The notes under the pieces: model-generated
Database searches by the model: none
What the model saw: only the letters and a program-made list of their open reading frames with translations
Told to the model about the DNA's origin: nothing
From: Candidatus Poribacteria bacterium
GTDB taxonomy: Bacteria; Poribacteria; WGA-4E; PCPOR2b
Reading direction: 5' to 3'
Assembly: GCA_965208675.1 (NCBI GenBank)
Contig: OZ242351.1
Span: 384,001-448,000 of the forward strand
Length of the DNA stretch: 64,000 nucleotides
Made by a program: the position numbers and the translations under genes
Part shown: positions 37,026 through 47,151 of the stretch, one piece after another
How the letters are laid out: each line of letters opens with the position of its first letter
How positions within the stretch are numbered: the stretch's first letter is position 1

Positions 37026-38591
37026 TCATAGGTTTTCCATCTCACCCGTCATCAGCAGCCCAATTGCCGGCAGTTCATGTCGAAACGGTGTTGCGTCCGT
37101 CAGCCCGCCGTTGTACATCACGAGGATGCGGTCGCTGAGTGCTAGCAATTCATCTAACTCAGTGGAGATTAGCAATACGGCACAGTGATTTCGCCGCTGC
37201 TCAAGAAGCCGCTGCCGCACATAGTCCGCCGCGCTAATGTCCAAACCGCGCGTTGGGTTGACTGCAAGCAGCAGTTCCGGTGATTGCGACAGCTCCCTAG
37301 CAATGAGCACCTTCTGCTGATTACCGCCGGATAAGAATTTTACCGGCAATTTCCGATCGGGAGTCCGAACATCATAGCCCCGGATGAGTTCGTCGGCATC
37401 AGCATTGATGCGTTTTCGATCCAACAGCGGGCGCCAACTTTTGAGAAATTTGGAACCGCTCATGAGGTTTGTTTGATAGTTTTCGAGCTGCTGAATGTTA
37501 AGAATTAGATTTTCCGCAACTGTGAAATCGAGAATTAGACCGGCGTTTTGGCGATCATTGGGGATATATCCATATTTTAATCGGCGTATTTGATTCGACA
37601 ATAAGTTGGTGACTGATTTCCCGTTTAAAAGAATTTCACCGTTGCGTGGCTTTCGCAGTCCCATAATGGTTTCTGCGAGTTCAATCTGACCGTTGCCGTC
37701 AACCCCGGCGATTCCGACGATTTCGCCCGTATTCACCTCAAGCGAACAACTGTTTACTGCAATCCGGCCTCGACTTCCGACGACAGTTAGGTCTCGGATT
37801 TGGAGGTGTGCGGTGCCTACGGCGTGCGGTTCCCGTTCGAGCTGCGGCGGGTCATACCCAACCATGTGTTTCGCCAGGTCTCGCGGCGATGCATGTGCCG
37901 CATGTGTAGTCACGACCCGCTTGCCGCGGCGCAGGACTGTGATTCGATCGCTAATTTCCATGACCTCTTTGAGTTTGTGGCTGATGAAGATTATCGAGTT
38001 GCCTTCTGCCTTCAGGCGGCGCAGGATGGTGAAGAGTTCATGGGTTTCTTGAGGGGACAGGACGGATGTCGGCTCGTCAAGCACTAAAATTCGCGGCTTG
38101 ATGGAATCATCCATCGTTGGATTGACCAGCGCCTTTAGAATTTCAACGCGTTGCTGCATCCCCACCGACAATTGCCAGATTTTGGCGCGCGGTTCGATCA
38201 ACAATCCATAACGGCGGGAAAGTTCAAGCACTAGTGCCTCAACCGTCCGCCGCTTTAGGCGGAATTTCCCGTGTCTGAAATTATGCGCGATGTTTTCGGC
38301 AACGCTCAACGTGGGAACTAATGCAAAGTGTTGATGAACCATGCCTATCCCGTGTGCAATTGCCGTGTTCGGCGAATCAATAAGAGCCGGATTGCCGTCA
38401 ATCCAAATCTCACCCTCATCGGGTTGGCACAAGCCGTAAATCGTATTCATAAGGGTTGATTTTCCGGCTCCATTCTCACCGAGTACGGTGTGGACTTCAC
38501 CGCGGCGCAAAGTTAGATCCACGCGGTCAACGGCGAGGTTTTTTCCAAATGCCTTAGTGATGCCGCGAAGCTCAAGTGCGTAAGGTGTCAA
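37026..38591 (-). CDS. ABC transporter ATP-binding protein (CUT2 nucleoside/sugar type, two ATPase domains)
   Basis: [32 protein letters not shown]. Confidence 0.92.
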   Translation of the reverse strand: MTPYALELRGITKAFGKNLAVDRVDLTLRRGEVHTVLGENGAGKSTLMNTIYGLCQPDEGEIWIDGNPALIDSPNTAIAHGIGMVHQHFALVPTLSVAENIAHNFRHGKFRLKRRTVEALVLELSRRYGLLIEPRAKIWQLSVGMQQRVEILKALVNPTMDDSIKPRILVLDEPTSVLSPQETHELFTILRRLKAEGNSIIFISHKLKEVMEISDRITVLRRGKRVVTTHAAHASPRDLAKHMVGYDPPQLEREPHAVGTAHLQIRDLTVVGSRGRIAVNSCSLEVNTGEIVGIAGVDGNGQIELAETIMGLRKPRNGEILLNGKSVTNLLSNQIRRLKYGYIPNDRQNAGLILDFTVAENLILNIQQLENYQTNLMSGSKFLKSWRPLLDRKRINADADELIRGYDVRTPDRKLPVKFLSGGNQQKVLIARELSQSPELLLAVNPTRGLDISAADYVRQRLLEQRRNHCAVLLISTELDELLALSDRILVMYNGGLTDATPFRHELPAIGLLMTGEMENL

Positions 38592-38868
38592 ACTTACGGT
38601 CTCCCCTTTAATTTTCCGAAGTTAATCTTAACCCTGGAAGCCGTTTTCTTATGCCCTATCAAACCGGATTTTGTTTCAATAATACCAGATCTGGGTGTGT
38701 CCCGCTATTAAAAAGCAAGCAGACATGCCGGCGCGATCGGTTGTGAATTAGGTGTCTTCGATTGAAAACGGATAATTTTGCAGACACGGGTAAATTGGTA
38801 CACCGTCAGCGCCGTATGGGCGCCGTTGCGTTGATTAACGAATGCTCCGTCACCATCTCCACTCCCCG

Positions 38869-40881
38869 TTACGCAACGACAAACCTCATGCCCCAAGCTT
38901 CGACAGCGGGCAAAACAAATTTATTGTATGGTCCATCCGTTCCATGGGAGCGGATAACTGTCTTGGCGCAGTGCATGTCGAATACGCTAATCTCCTTCAT
39001 TGATGTTCGGAGCATTAGCGCAACCTCCTCTGCCCGGTCGAGGCATGAATTGGTTGCCGCAAGAGCTAAGCCCCCTGATTCGGTCGTTCTTACCCACATG
39101 TTAATTTTGTGGAAGGAACTGACATACGCCGGCAGCGTATTCTTCGAAAGCCAGCGTAAAAGGATTTTGAGCTGAGATGATTTAGAACCGTTTTGTAAAA
39201 ACCTCCAGGGATAGTACCCCGCGGCACATATTCTGCCGCCGATCTGGTTTTCAAATACGCCCATGCAGCACGGAGCGGTTTCTCGCCCTTTATAATCCAC
39301 GATTCGCGCCAGGACTTTCGCGGTTTCACTAATCGGCTTAAGAACCGCGGCGGGGGACAGCCATGGTAAGAACGATTGGCGCGCATCACGCTTGCGCCCG
39401 GCAAAGGGCGTATTTAGCGGATGATTCGTGAATTCTTCGATGCAATCTTCGTCCAAGAAACGCTCGACCTCAAATCCGGTGAGCTCGCCGTACCCCATTT
39501 CGTTCAGGCAGATTAGCGCTTTCGCGTCCATGTAAACCCCCGAAGACAGCATTTTTAACACGTGCTCGTCACTCATGGCTAAAACGCTGCTTTCGGACAG
39601 GGCGGTCACTGAGGCGCATTCGGGTGAATAAGCTGCGGGCAATCCGATTTCTAGCAGTTCATCCGCATGCGACGCGCAGATGCTTAGGATATTTCCGGCA
39701 AGCCAATCGCCTTCTGCAATGTTGTTCACTGCATAAACATCCATTCCCCATCCGGTATAAATCCCTAACGGTTTATCTCTTTGGAAATGCCTTACCAGTA
39801 AATCATAAAAAGGCCTAGAATCCCGTAGTTTTCTCAGGAGCGGCTCATACTCATCAAGAGGCTCGTCATGTTGAGATAGTACATTGAAGGCGGCGCCCGT
39901 GCAGCCTGCTGCGATATGCGACGCGGCTTCCAGCGCTGTCGCCGCGGCACTTTTCTGCAACCGTTGATACGGAAAATTCTCTATCTCGGATTGTATTGAG
40001 ATGACGCTGTTTGGAAGCATGGATACCTGTCTCCCGACATCGTGGGACTTCCCTGCTAGTCCTCTCATGTAATCATCAAAATAGAAGCCGCCCCCCGGCC
40101 GCCACATGACCGCCGACCCGTGGTCGCCGGACAAGACTTCACTCCAATGCTGGAAATCATAACCCTCAAAAAACCGGTCACCCGTCATGAATCCTAGCGG
40201 CAAACTCGGCTTCACCCGATGTACTGTGTGTTCTATCAATTCAAAAAGGCGAGCGATTGTATTGCGGTTATGCTGCAGCCACGCCAAGCGCACCTCCAGC
40301 TTGTTCGCGGTAGGACCAGTGTTAAATGCGTCTTTAAGTGTATCCCTCGTAAACATGACCCCAAACTCTTCTTCAAATATGAGTAGGCAATTATCGCAAA
40401 AGCAGCCGTAACCAATGGGCATATGCCCAAAGCGTACATCGTCGTCTATCCAGATATAGTCCGGATGGGCACTAGTTACAATATTGTAGAGCTGACTGAT
40501 ATAAGTTTTCATGCCCTCATCGTTGGGACAAAATGAACCCAAGCAGATGTTACCGTAGATGTCAGTCATGCGCGTATAATCGGCAGTCAGAGAGTTGGGC
40601 AGATTTTCGTTGTGATGGCCTATAGTGGTGAGAATGTTGATACCCGTTCTGTAGCCCATAGACCGCAGTTGCGCCATGCGTTCACTCAGTATTGATACGT
40701 GTTCCTCAATTGTTTCTAAATCAAGCGGTGCGTGAGTTTCCGAGGTAAAAAATGTCACCTCATCGGTGAGTCCTTTATATTTTTCAAATAATTTAACAAG
40801 CGACTGAAAGCCCTTTTCCGGCCGCCACTGGCTTATCCCAATTCTAAAGGAAACGACAGCGTTTTGAATTCCGCGTTTCAT
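38869..40881 (-). CDS. hypothetical glycoside hydrolase-like protein (TIM barrel)
   Basis: 670-aa ORF; FCP...YIWIDDDVR and GCFCDNC motifs typical of GH-like barrels. Confidence 0.55.
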   Translation of the reverse strand: MKRGIQNAVVSFRIGISQWRPEKGFQSLVKLFEKYKGLTDEVTFFTSETHAPLDLETIEEHVSILSERMAQLRSMGYRTGINILTTIGHHNENLPNSLTADYTRMTDIYGNICLGSFCPNDEGMKTYISQLYNIVTSAHPDYIWIDDDVRFGHMPIGYGCFCDNCLLIFEEEFGVMFTRDTLKDAFNTGPTANKLEVRLAWLQHNRNTIARLFELIEHTVHRVKPSLPLGFMTGDRFFEGYDFQHWSEVLSGDHGSAVMWRPGGGFYFDDYMRGLAGKSHDVGRQVSMLPNSVISIQSEIENFPYQRLQKSAAATALEAASHIAAGCTGAAFNVLSQHDEPLDEYEPLLRKLRDSRPFYDLLVRHFQRDKPLGIYTGWGMDVYAVNNIAEGDWLAGNILSICASHADELLEIGLPAAYSPECASVTALSESSVLAMSDEHVLKMLSSGVYMDAKALICLNEMGYGELTGFEVERFLDEDCIEEFTNHPLNTPFAGRKRDARQSFLPWLSPAAVLKPISETAKVLARIVDYKGRETAPCCMGVFENQIGGRICAAGYYPWRFLQNGSKSSQLKILLRWLSKNTLPAYVSSFHKINMWVRTTESGGLALAATNSCLDRAEEVALMLRTSMKEISVFDMHCAKTVIRSHGTDGPYNKFVLPAVEAWGMRFVVA

Positions 40882-41376
40882 ACCAATGTCTTCCTTTCAT
40901 TCGATCTCGAGATCGCGGCGAATCAGCACAGTTCACAACTTTTATAAGTATACCGCATCTGTTATCCCCGCGTCTTGGCAACACCGTGTCAAAGCGTTTA
41001 AGCAATCCTAGCCCTAGTTACAAAATTGCATAGCCGAACCAATAAAACACTTGACAAAAGCGGCGTAGATAAGTTATCAATATATTTGCGTTACACCGGG
41101 GCATCACCCCATATTTTTGCACGTTGCAGATGATGACTCCTTCCTGATGTGTAGTTAGTTAAAATATTTTGTCTCAATCACGCGAGGCATAGGAAGCGGA
41201 TGTCAATGATTCTCGTGAATGAACGAAACCGGAAAAAAATGGATACACCCGAGAAATCTAAGTTTTTGGTGTAATCTTCCGATTTTTTTTGGACGTTCTA
41301 ACGACTAACTATTTTATCGGGGCACCGCGTTCGGTCTATCCCGCCAAATCTGTTAAAATGCGAGCAAAAGTCAAAT

Positions 41377-42384
41377 ATGTACTATTCCAACCGGTTAATT
41401 CAACGCATCTTGAGTCTAGTGGTTCCCGTAATTCTCATATCCGGCTGCGGTGAGGAGGATGTTGATAGATATGGCGGCAATCTCGCGCCAAAAATTTTTG
41501 CTTTTGAGGCAGAATCGGACATCGTTGAACCCGGCGCACAGGTACGCATTACACTCGACGCCCGCGATATTGAAGGGCAAAAGGTCACCGTCAGATGGGA
41601 TGCAGCAGGAGGTGACATTGACGGAGACATTTTCGGCGCTGTCTGGACTGCTCCAGAACGGGAACGCAAGTATCAGATTGAAGTCAAGGTAAGCGACGGA
41701 GAAAAATCAACATCAAGCACCATAGATATCCAGGTGTGGCGGACGCGCCCCGGAGATTACTACCCACTTGCGGTCGGGAATATATGGCGGTATCGCGACG
41801 ATGAAGCGAACGAGATAATTTTTGAGATTGTGGATACAATTCAGATCCATTTACAGGACAGTGATCCCGTCAGAAGTTATGTACTTGAAAAATACAGTAA
41901 TGATGAAGATCTCGAAGGAATTAGCAACTTTTCCTATCTTGGCAGACAGCTTGACGAAAATGGGGATTCTCAAGGCATTGTTCAGCACGCCCAAAATGTT
42001 ACATCTGGCGGGCCGGATACGATACTCTTTGTTCCATTCCTGCCGCTCTACAACTTTCCACTGATTCCCGGCAACACCTGGAGAACAAATTTTGAGGCGA
42101 GGTTAACAGGGGAATTGTTCCCAATTGGCGGCGGAAACGACCAATTTGAGGTCGTGTCTGAGGAAACCGTGACAGTTCCAGCGGGCACATTTGAACATGT
42201 CTTTCAAGTTCAGGAGACGTTTAAGTGGAGCATTTTTGAACAGGATCTTGATACTACAATCGCCCAGAAATGGCTCGCGCCTGGTGTTGGTATCATTAAA
42301 TTTACGCAGTCCCAGACTCGTGCCGGCGTAACGGTTGAAGTTGAATTTGAACTAGAGTCCTTTGAATTGGCGGCTGATGATTGA
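41377..42384 (+). CDS. lipoprotein with Ig/PKD-like domain and beta-sheet C-terminal domain
   Basis: Lipobox ISGC; WTAP..YQIEVKVSDG; YYPLAVGNIWRY; ETVTVPAGTF; WLAPGVGIIK. Confidence 0.7.
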   Translation: MYYSNRLIQRILSLVVPVILISGCGEEDVDRYGGNLAPKIFAFEAESDIVEPGAQVRITLDARDIEGQKVTVRWDAAGGDIDGDIFGAVWTAPERERKYQIEVKVSDGEKSTSSTIDIQVWRTRPGDYYPLAVGNIWRYRDDEANEIIFEIVDTIQIHLQDSDPVRSYVLEKYSNDEDLEGISNFSYLGRQLDENGDSQGIVQHAQNVTSGGPDTILFVPFLPLYNFPLIPGNTWRTNFEARLTGELFPIGGGNDQFEVVSEETVTVPAGTFEHVFQVQETFKWSIFEQDLDTTIAQKWLAPGVGIIKFTQSQTRAGVTVEVEFELESFELAADD

Positions 42385-42403
42385 AAAGTGAAGTGTAATT
42401 CTA

Positions 42404-43483
42404 ATGAGAACAGCGCATGACAAATCAACGCGCCGCAAATTGCACGGCAAGCAACACGAACTGCGTGTATTCGCTCGGCTCAGCGCGATAGTTGTTTTGG
42501 TTACAGTCTTGAGTTGGACGGGCGCCGAGGCGGCAAGCCGGTATGCGTGCGATTTCTTGACACTGGGCGTAGGTGCCCGACCGTTAGGCATGGGCGGCAG
42601 CTTCGCGGCAGTCGCAGATGATTCCACCGCCGCTTACTGGAATCCCGCGGGACTCGGGCGGTTGCGCCATTCCGAAATCGCTTTCATGCATTCCAGCCTC
42701 GGTGAGCTAGATAGCTACGATTTCGTCAATTACATCCATCCGCTCGGTAAAAGTGAATCCATCGGACTTAGTTGGTTGCGCGTTGGCATTGATGACATAC
42801 CAATCACGAGCTTAAGAGTTGCGTCCCGGTCGATAGGTCCGACCAATCGCCCCGAAATTAGGGGGACTTTCAGCAACACCAACAACGCCTTCTTATTCTC
42901 CTACGGCAGACGAATCGGATTTGACTTATCGTCGAAGCGAATAGATTTACTCGTCGGCGGTAATGCCAAGTTTCTTTACATTTCTGCGTTAGGAAATAGA
43001 AATGCGATTGGTGTAGGGGGGGATGCCAGCTTGCTCTGGACAACAAACCCTGAAATGCCAAGTCGATTTTCCATCGGGATGGTCGCGCAAGATTTCTTTA
43101 AGACAAAATTATACTGGAACAATCCGCCCGAACATCCGGATCAGGCTGCGAACACAGATACAATCAACCCGAATCTTAAGGTTGGTGTCTCGTTTGGTCA
43201 AGATATCGCCCCGCTAAATAGCCGTGTGTTGTTGACAATCGATACCGATAGCCTATACGCCTTTGAGATGCACTACGGCGCCGAGTATGTTTTCGCCGAT
43301 CTTCTTTCGCTTAGGGCCGGCGTACAGGAGCGCAAAGGTATAAACACAATTCGGCTGATGACGGCGGGTGCAGGTTTCCGTCTCTCTTTCTTGACAGGGG
43401 CGGCCTTCTCCATTGATTATGCGTTTCTCGGCAACGACGAACTCGGGAATAGCAATCGAATTTCGCTGATGACAAGGTTCTAA
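42404..43483 (+). CDS. PorV/UPF0164-like outer-membrane beta-barrel
   Basis: FLTLGVGARPLGMGGSFAAVADDSTAAYWNPAGL signature; C-terminal Phe. Confidence 0.8.
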   Translation: MRTAHDKSTRRKLHGKQHELRVFARLSAIVVLVTVLSWTGAEAASRYACDFLTLGVGARPLGMGGSFAAVADDSTAAYWNPAGLGRLRHSEIAFMHSSLGELDSYDFVNYIHPLGKSESIGLSWLRVGIDDIPITSLRVASRSIGPTNRPEIRGTFSNTNNAFLFSYGRRIGFDLSSKRIDLLVGGNAKFLYISALGNRNAIGVGGDASLLWTTNPEMPSRFSIGMVAQDFFKTKLYWNNPPEHPDQAANTDTINPNLKVGVSFGQDIAPLNSRVLLTIDTDSLYAFEMHYGAEYVFADLLSLRAGVQERKGINTIRLMTAGAGFRLSFLTGAAFSIDYAFLGNDELGNSNRISLMTRF

Positions 43484-43543
43484 TGGAGTTAAGCAAGCGT
43501 CATCTATCGCTTTTGACGGTTGCGGTTGCGGTTTTCGATATGT

Positions 43544-44797
43544 TCACGGATCCGTAGGCTCGTCCAACATAAATCTGATTCGATTGAATCTGTGTGCCAG
43601 CGCGATTACGATACGCCTTAAATCATCAAGATTGTCTCCACGCAGCGCATTGAAGATGCATTCAGCAATCTCCGGTGCGTCTGACGGGGTCATACCGTAC
43701 CGTGTAACTTCTTGTACCCCAATGCGTAGGCCGTGCGATCCGAGTTTCGCAGGAACCTCGGCGGATCCAACGATAATATTACACGCCTCAAGCCGCTTAG
43801 CTAATGCTCCTCCTTCACCAAATTCATCGACTATGGGTAGGAGCGTATGCGATTCTGTGTACCCAAGCTCCGACCCTACAAGGCGTATTCCGCGTTCGTG
43901 CAACGCTTGCCCCAACGCTTTGGCATTATTGATGATTGCGGATGCGTGGGCTTTGCCGAACGTGAGCCATTCCAAAAATGTTGCCGCGAGTGCGGGCAAG
44001 CGCCCGAGGTGGTGATTCGCGATCAGCAACGGCGCCAGCGCTGATCCCATTCGCTCTGCGATAGCCTTATCGTTGGTCAAAATCATGCCGCCTTGCGGTC
44101 CGGCGAGGGTTTTGTGTGTGCTGGTAACGATCACGTCTGCGCCTTCATCTAGCGGTGATTGAAACCGTCCTCCTGCAATCAACCCCATGACATGTGCGGC
44201 GTCATATATCAGATAAGAGTCGGGATTGAATTTGCGCATTGCCATTTTGAGTTCTCGCACCGGTTGAGGAAAGAGAAAGAGCGCGGACCCAATGATGACG
44301 AGTTTGGGACGATGGTGTTGGATGAGAGCGATTGTCCGATCCAAGTCAATGTTGTATTTTTCTCCGTCCCAAGGAATGTCGACGGAATTGAGCTCTACCT
44401 TCAAGCAAGAGGAAGCCAACTTGTGCGCATAACGATGCGCATTATGTACTTCTAACGCTGTATCGCCCGGGCTGCCGAGCGCAAATACAGCCGCAATCCC
44501 GGCTATGTTTCCAGACAATGGCCGCAAATCGACATGCGCCGTGCCGAAAAGTTGTTTTGCCAATTCCTGGGCGGTCTCTTCAATCTTTTCGATATATTGA
44601 TTTCCACGATAGGCGCGGTGGTGTAGATCGACGCCGGTATAGTATCCGTACCGGCGGTTGAGTTCATCGGAAAGCAAACGCTCCACCAATGGACTGGGGG
44701 TATTTTCAGAAGCGATAAGATTGAGACAATCGGCTCGAAAATTTCCGTGTTTCTGCAATAGGGATTCAATATCCTGTACGTTGGCAGCAGGCTCCAT
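43544..44797 (-). CDS. serine hydroxymethyltransferase-like PLP enzyme
   Basis: LNLIASEN, YDAAHVMGLIAGG, TSTHKTLAGPQGG, GLRIGVQE. Confidence 0.8.
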   Translation of the reverse strand: MEPAANVQDIESLLQKHGNFRADCLNLIASENTPSPLVERLLSDELNRRYGYYTGVDLHHRAYRGNQYIEKIEETAQELAKQLFGTAHVDLRPLSGNIAGIAAVFALGSPGDTALEVHNAHRYAHKLASSCLKVELNSVDIPWDGEKYNIDLDRTIALIQHHRPKLVIIGSALFLFPQPVRELKMAMRKFNPDSYLIYDAAHVMGLIAGGRFQSPLDEGADVIVTSTHKTLAGPQGGMILTNDKAIAERMGSALAPLLIANHHLGRLPALAATFLEWLTFGKAHASAIINNAKALGQALHERGIRLVGSELGYTESHTLLPIVDEFGEGGALAKRLEACNIIVGSAEVPAKLGSHGLRIGVQEVTRYGMTPSDAPEIAECIFNALRGDNLDDLRRIVIALAHRFNRIRFMLDEPTDP

Positions 44798-44849
44798 AGA
44801 ACTTTCTCAATCCGTGGGGCGTATTGTATTCTTGAATAATTAAACGATC

Positions 44850-45647
44850 TTACTCATTCTTCGCCTCGGGCTTGGGCGGCATTACAATTATTTCGATGCG
44901 GCGGTTTCTCGCTCTACCCGAGGAGGTGTCGTTAGTATCGATTGGGTGGTAATGTGCGTAACCGACAGCCGCCAAACGGGTTGCCTCTACGCCCGCGTGT
45001 TTTTGTAAATAGCGCACCGCAGAAATCGCCCGCGCCGTGGATAAATCCCAATTTCCGAGGAGAGCGCCTCTGAATGGGCGATTGTCGGTATGCCCTTCTA
45101 CACGTATCTCTCGATCGGGATAACGGTTCAAGAACGTCTCCGCAATCTTATCTAAAACCTGCTTGCCCTCAGTTTTTATCATTGCGTCCCCAGAGTCAAA
45201 CAGAATCTTATCCATGAGGTTGACAGTCAGCTTACCCTGTAGTTCGGTAATCATGATTTCTTTATTTTCAATTTCTTGCTGAAGGCTGTCAACTAGGTCT
45301 TGATACTCTTCTTCCCTATCCTTTTTTTCTTTGAGGAGTTTCTGCTTTTCGGCTTCCACCTCGGCTTTTGCTTTACTCAATTTTGTGACGTCTTGCTGAA
45401 CCTCCGCAATAGTGCCTTCAATAATTTTAATACGATATTTTTTGGCTTCTAAGTCTTTCTGGGTTTTCTTCAATTCGCGTTGTAATTCCTTGGACTCCTT
45501 TCGAGAGGTTGCCAAATTTGCCTGCTCTGCAACCAATTCGACTTCTGTTCGCTTGAACTTGACGCGGTAATAGCCGATCAACGCGGTGAGAACAACCAAG
45601 ATAAGCCCCGCGGCACTTCCGGCTAGATATAACCGTTTCTTGCTCAC
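44850..45647 (-). CDS. MotB/OmpA-family peptidoglycan-binding protein
   Basis: TM + coiled coil + LFDSG, VEGHTDN, NWDLSTARA, NRRIEI. Confidence 0.88.
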   Translation of the reverse strand: MSKKRLYLAGSAAGLILVVLTALIGYYRVKFKRTEVELVAEQANLATSRKESKELQRELKKTQKDLEAKKYRIKIIEGTIAEVQQDVTKLSKAKAEVEAEKQKLLKEKKDREEEYQDLVDSLQQEIENKEIMITELQGKLTVNLMDKILFDSGDAMIKTEGKQVLDKIAETFLNRYPDREIRVEGHTDNRPFRGALLGNWDLSTARAISAVRYLQKHAGVEATRLAAVGYAHYHPIDTNDTSSGRARNRRIEIIVMPPKPEAKNE

Positions 45648-45941
45648 GTTTTCTTAATCCTCCAGATTGGTTATTCCAAGTAGGTTGAAATTTATATCAA
45701 GTTTAGAATCAATTTGTAAGTTGTGGAGCCGCAGATTGTGTGCCCGGCTTGTGTTTCGGTGAGAAGCTAGTTTAGCACGTAGACCTAGTCGTGTCAAGAA
45801 TGAACGCATGCGGCGATGCTGCGATAGTAGTTGATCTCTATCGAGATTTCTGTTACACTTTTGGTTGCCAGAATCACAGGATAGGTTTCATGATTACGTT
45901 TCTTTACGGCGCCTTTTGTACACGACGGTTGATATTTAACT

Positions 45942-47096
45942 ATGCGAATTCTCATGTTCAACTACGAATTCCCGCCAATCGGAGGCGGCGGTGGATGGGT
46001 GTCCTATTTCCTCGGCAAACAGTTTGTTGAAGCTGGACATGAGGTGCGGCTCATCACGTCGCGGTTTCGAGATTTACCGAATGAGGAAATGATTGAGGGG
46101 TTTCGCGTTTACCGCGTTCCCACGATACGAAAAAACCGCTCGACATGCGCCGTCCACGAAATGCTGACCTACGCGTTTAGTTCAAGTTTATACGGGTTCA
46201 AGTGTGTTAAAAGCTTCCGTCCAGAGATAATCCAAGTGTTTTTTGGGATTCCGTCCGGAGGCGGTGCATATCTGCTTCGAAAGATTTTTGGTATTCCATA
46301 CATTGTATTTCTTGGTGGGCGCGATATTCCACGCCGGAACCCGGATCCGCCCTATTATCGTCTACTGTACGGTTTACTTGCCCCTGTGATTAAAGCAATT
46401 TGGGGCAATGCTGCTGCCGTGGTTGCGTGCAGCGGTGGCTTGCGTGAGTTAGCTTTGCGCACGGAGCCGAATATAGACATCGATACGATTCCGGATGGAC
46501 TAGATGTTAACCGTTTCTCGCCGCTTCCCCGTGGCGTGAACAGTGAGCGCGTACGGATTTTGACTGTCGGACGGCTCATCCCTCGGAAAGATGTTCAGCT
46601 CCTCATCCGCGCCCTTCCGCAGCTGATTCAAAACACAACTCGCGATTTCGAAGTCAAAATTGTGGGAGACGGTCCTTGTCATGAGAATCTAGTAAAATTG
46701 GCGGAAGAATTGGGTGTCATTCATAAAGTCCGTTTCGCCGGCTCGGTTCCGTATTCGGCACTCCCGCAAATATATCAAAGCGCCGATATTTTTGCGCTAT
46801 GTTCCCTCGCCGAAGGGATGCCGCTTGTTGTGCTGGAGGCAATGGGGTCGGGTTTACCTGTAGTTGCGACCCGCGTGCAGGGAGTTGAAGATATAGTCCA
46901 AGTTGGAATAAACGGTTGTCTCTTTACCGCCGGCGATGTCGGTGCGCTAGCCAGGCATTTGGCTTCACTAATTAATGATGACGAGACCCGCAGAAAAATG
47001 GGCAACGCGAGCGTCCTACAAGCGCAGCGGTACGACTGGAAAAATATCGCCCAGTCCTATTTGGATATATATGAACGCGTAACGTGTGCGGGTTAG
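45942..47096 (+). CDS. glycosyltransferase family 4
   Basis: EFPPIGGGG, VGRLIPRK, EGMPLVVLEAM. Confidence 0.92.
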   Translation: MRILMFNYEFPPIGGGGGWVSYFLGKQFVEAGHEVRLITSRFRDLPNEEMIEGFRVYRVPTIRKNRSTCAVHEMLTYAFSSSLYGFKCVKSFRPEIIQVFFGIPSGGGAYLLRKIFGIPYIVFLGGRDIPRRNPDPPYYRLLYGLLAPVIKAIWGNAAAVVACSGGLRELALRTEPNIDIDTIPDGLDVNRFSPLPRGVNSERVRILTVGRLIPRKDVQLLIRALPQLIQNTTRDFEVKIVGDGPCHENLVKLAEELGVIHKVRFAGSVPYSALPQIYQSADIFALCSLAEGMPLVVLEAMGSGLPVVATRVQGVEDIVQVGINGCLFTAGDVGALARHLASLINDDETRRKMGNASVLQAQRYDWKNIAQSYLDIYERVTCAG

Positions 47097-47151
47097 GTCA
47101 TCTAGGTAGACATAACGGCTATTTCCGAATGCGGTATTACCGAGGAATTCC

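Noticed and set aside
41051-41376. Riboswitch in the long leader after TTGACA (CTTCCT/AGGAAG stem)
   Set aside because: No recognisable aptamer consensus or terminator, and the -10 is weak.
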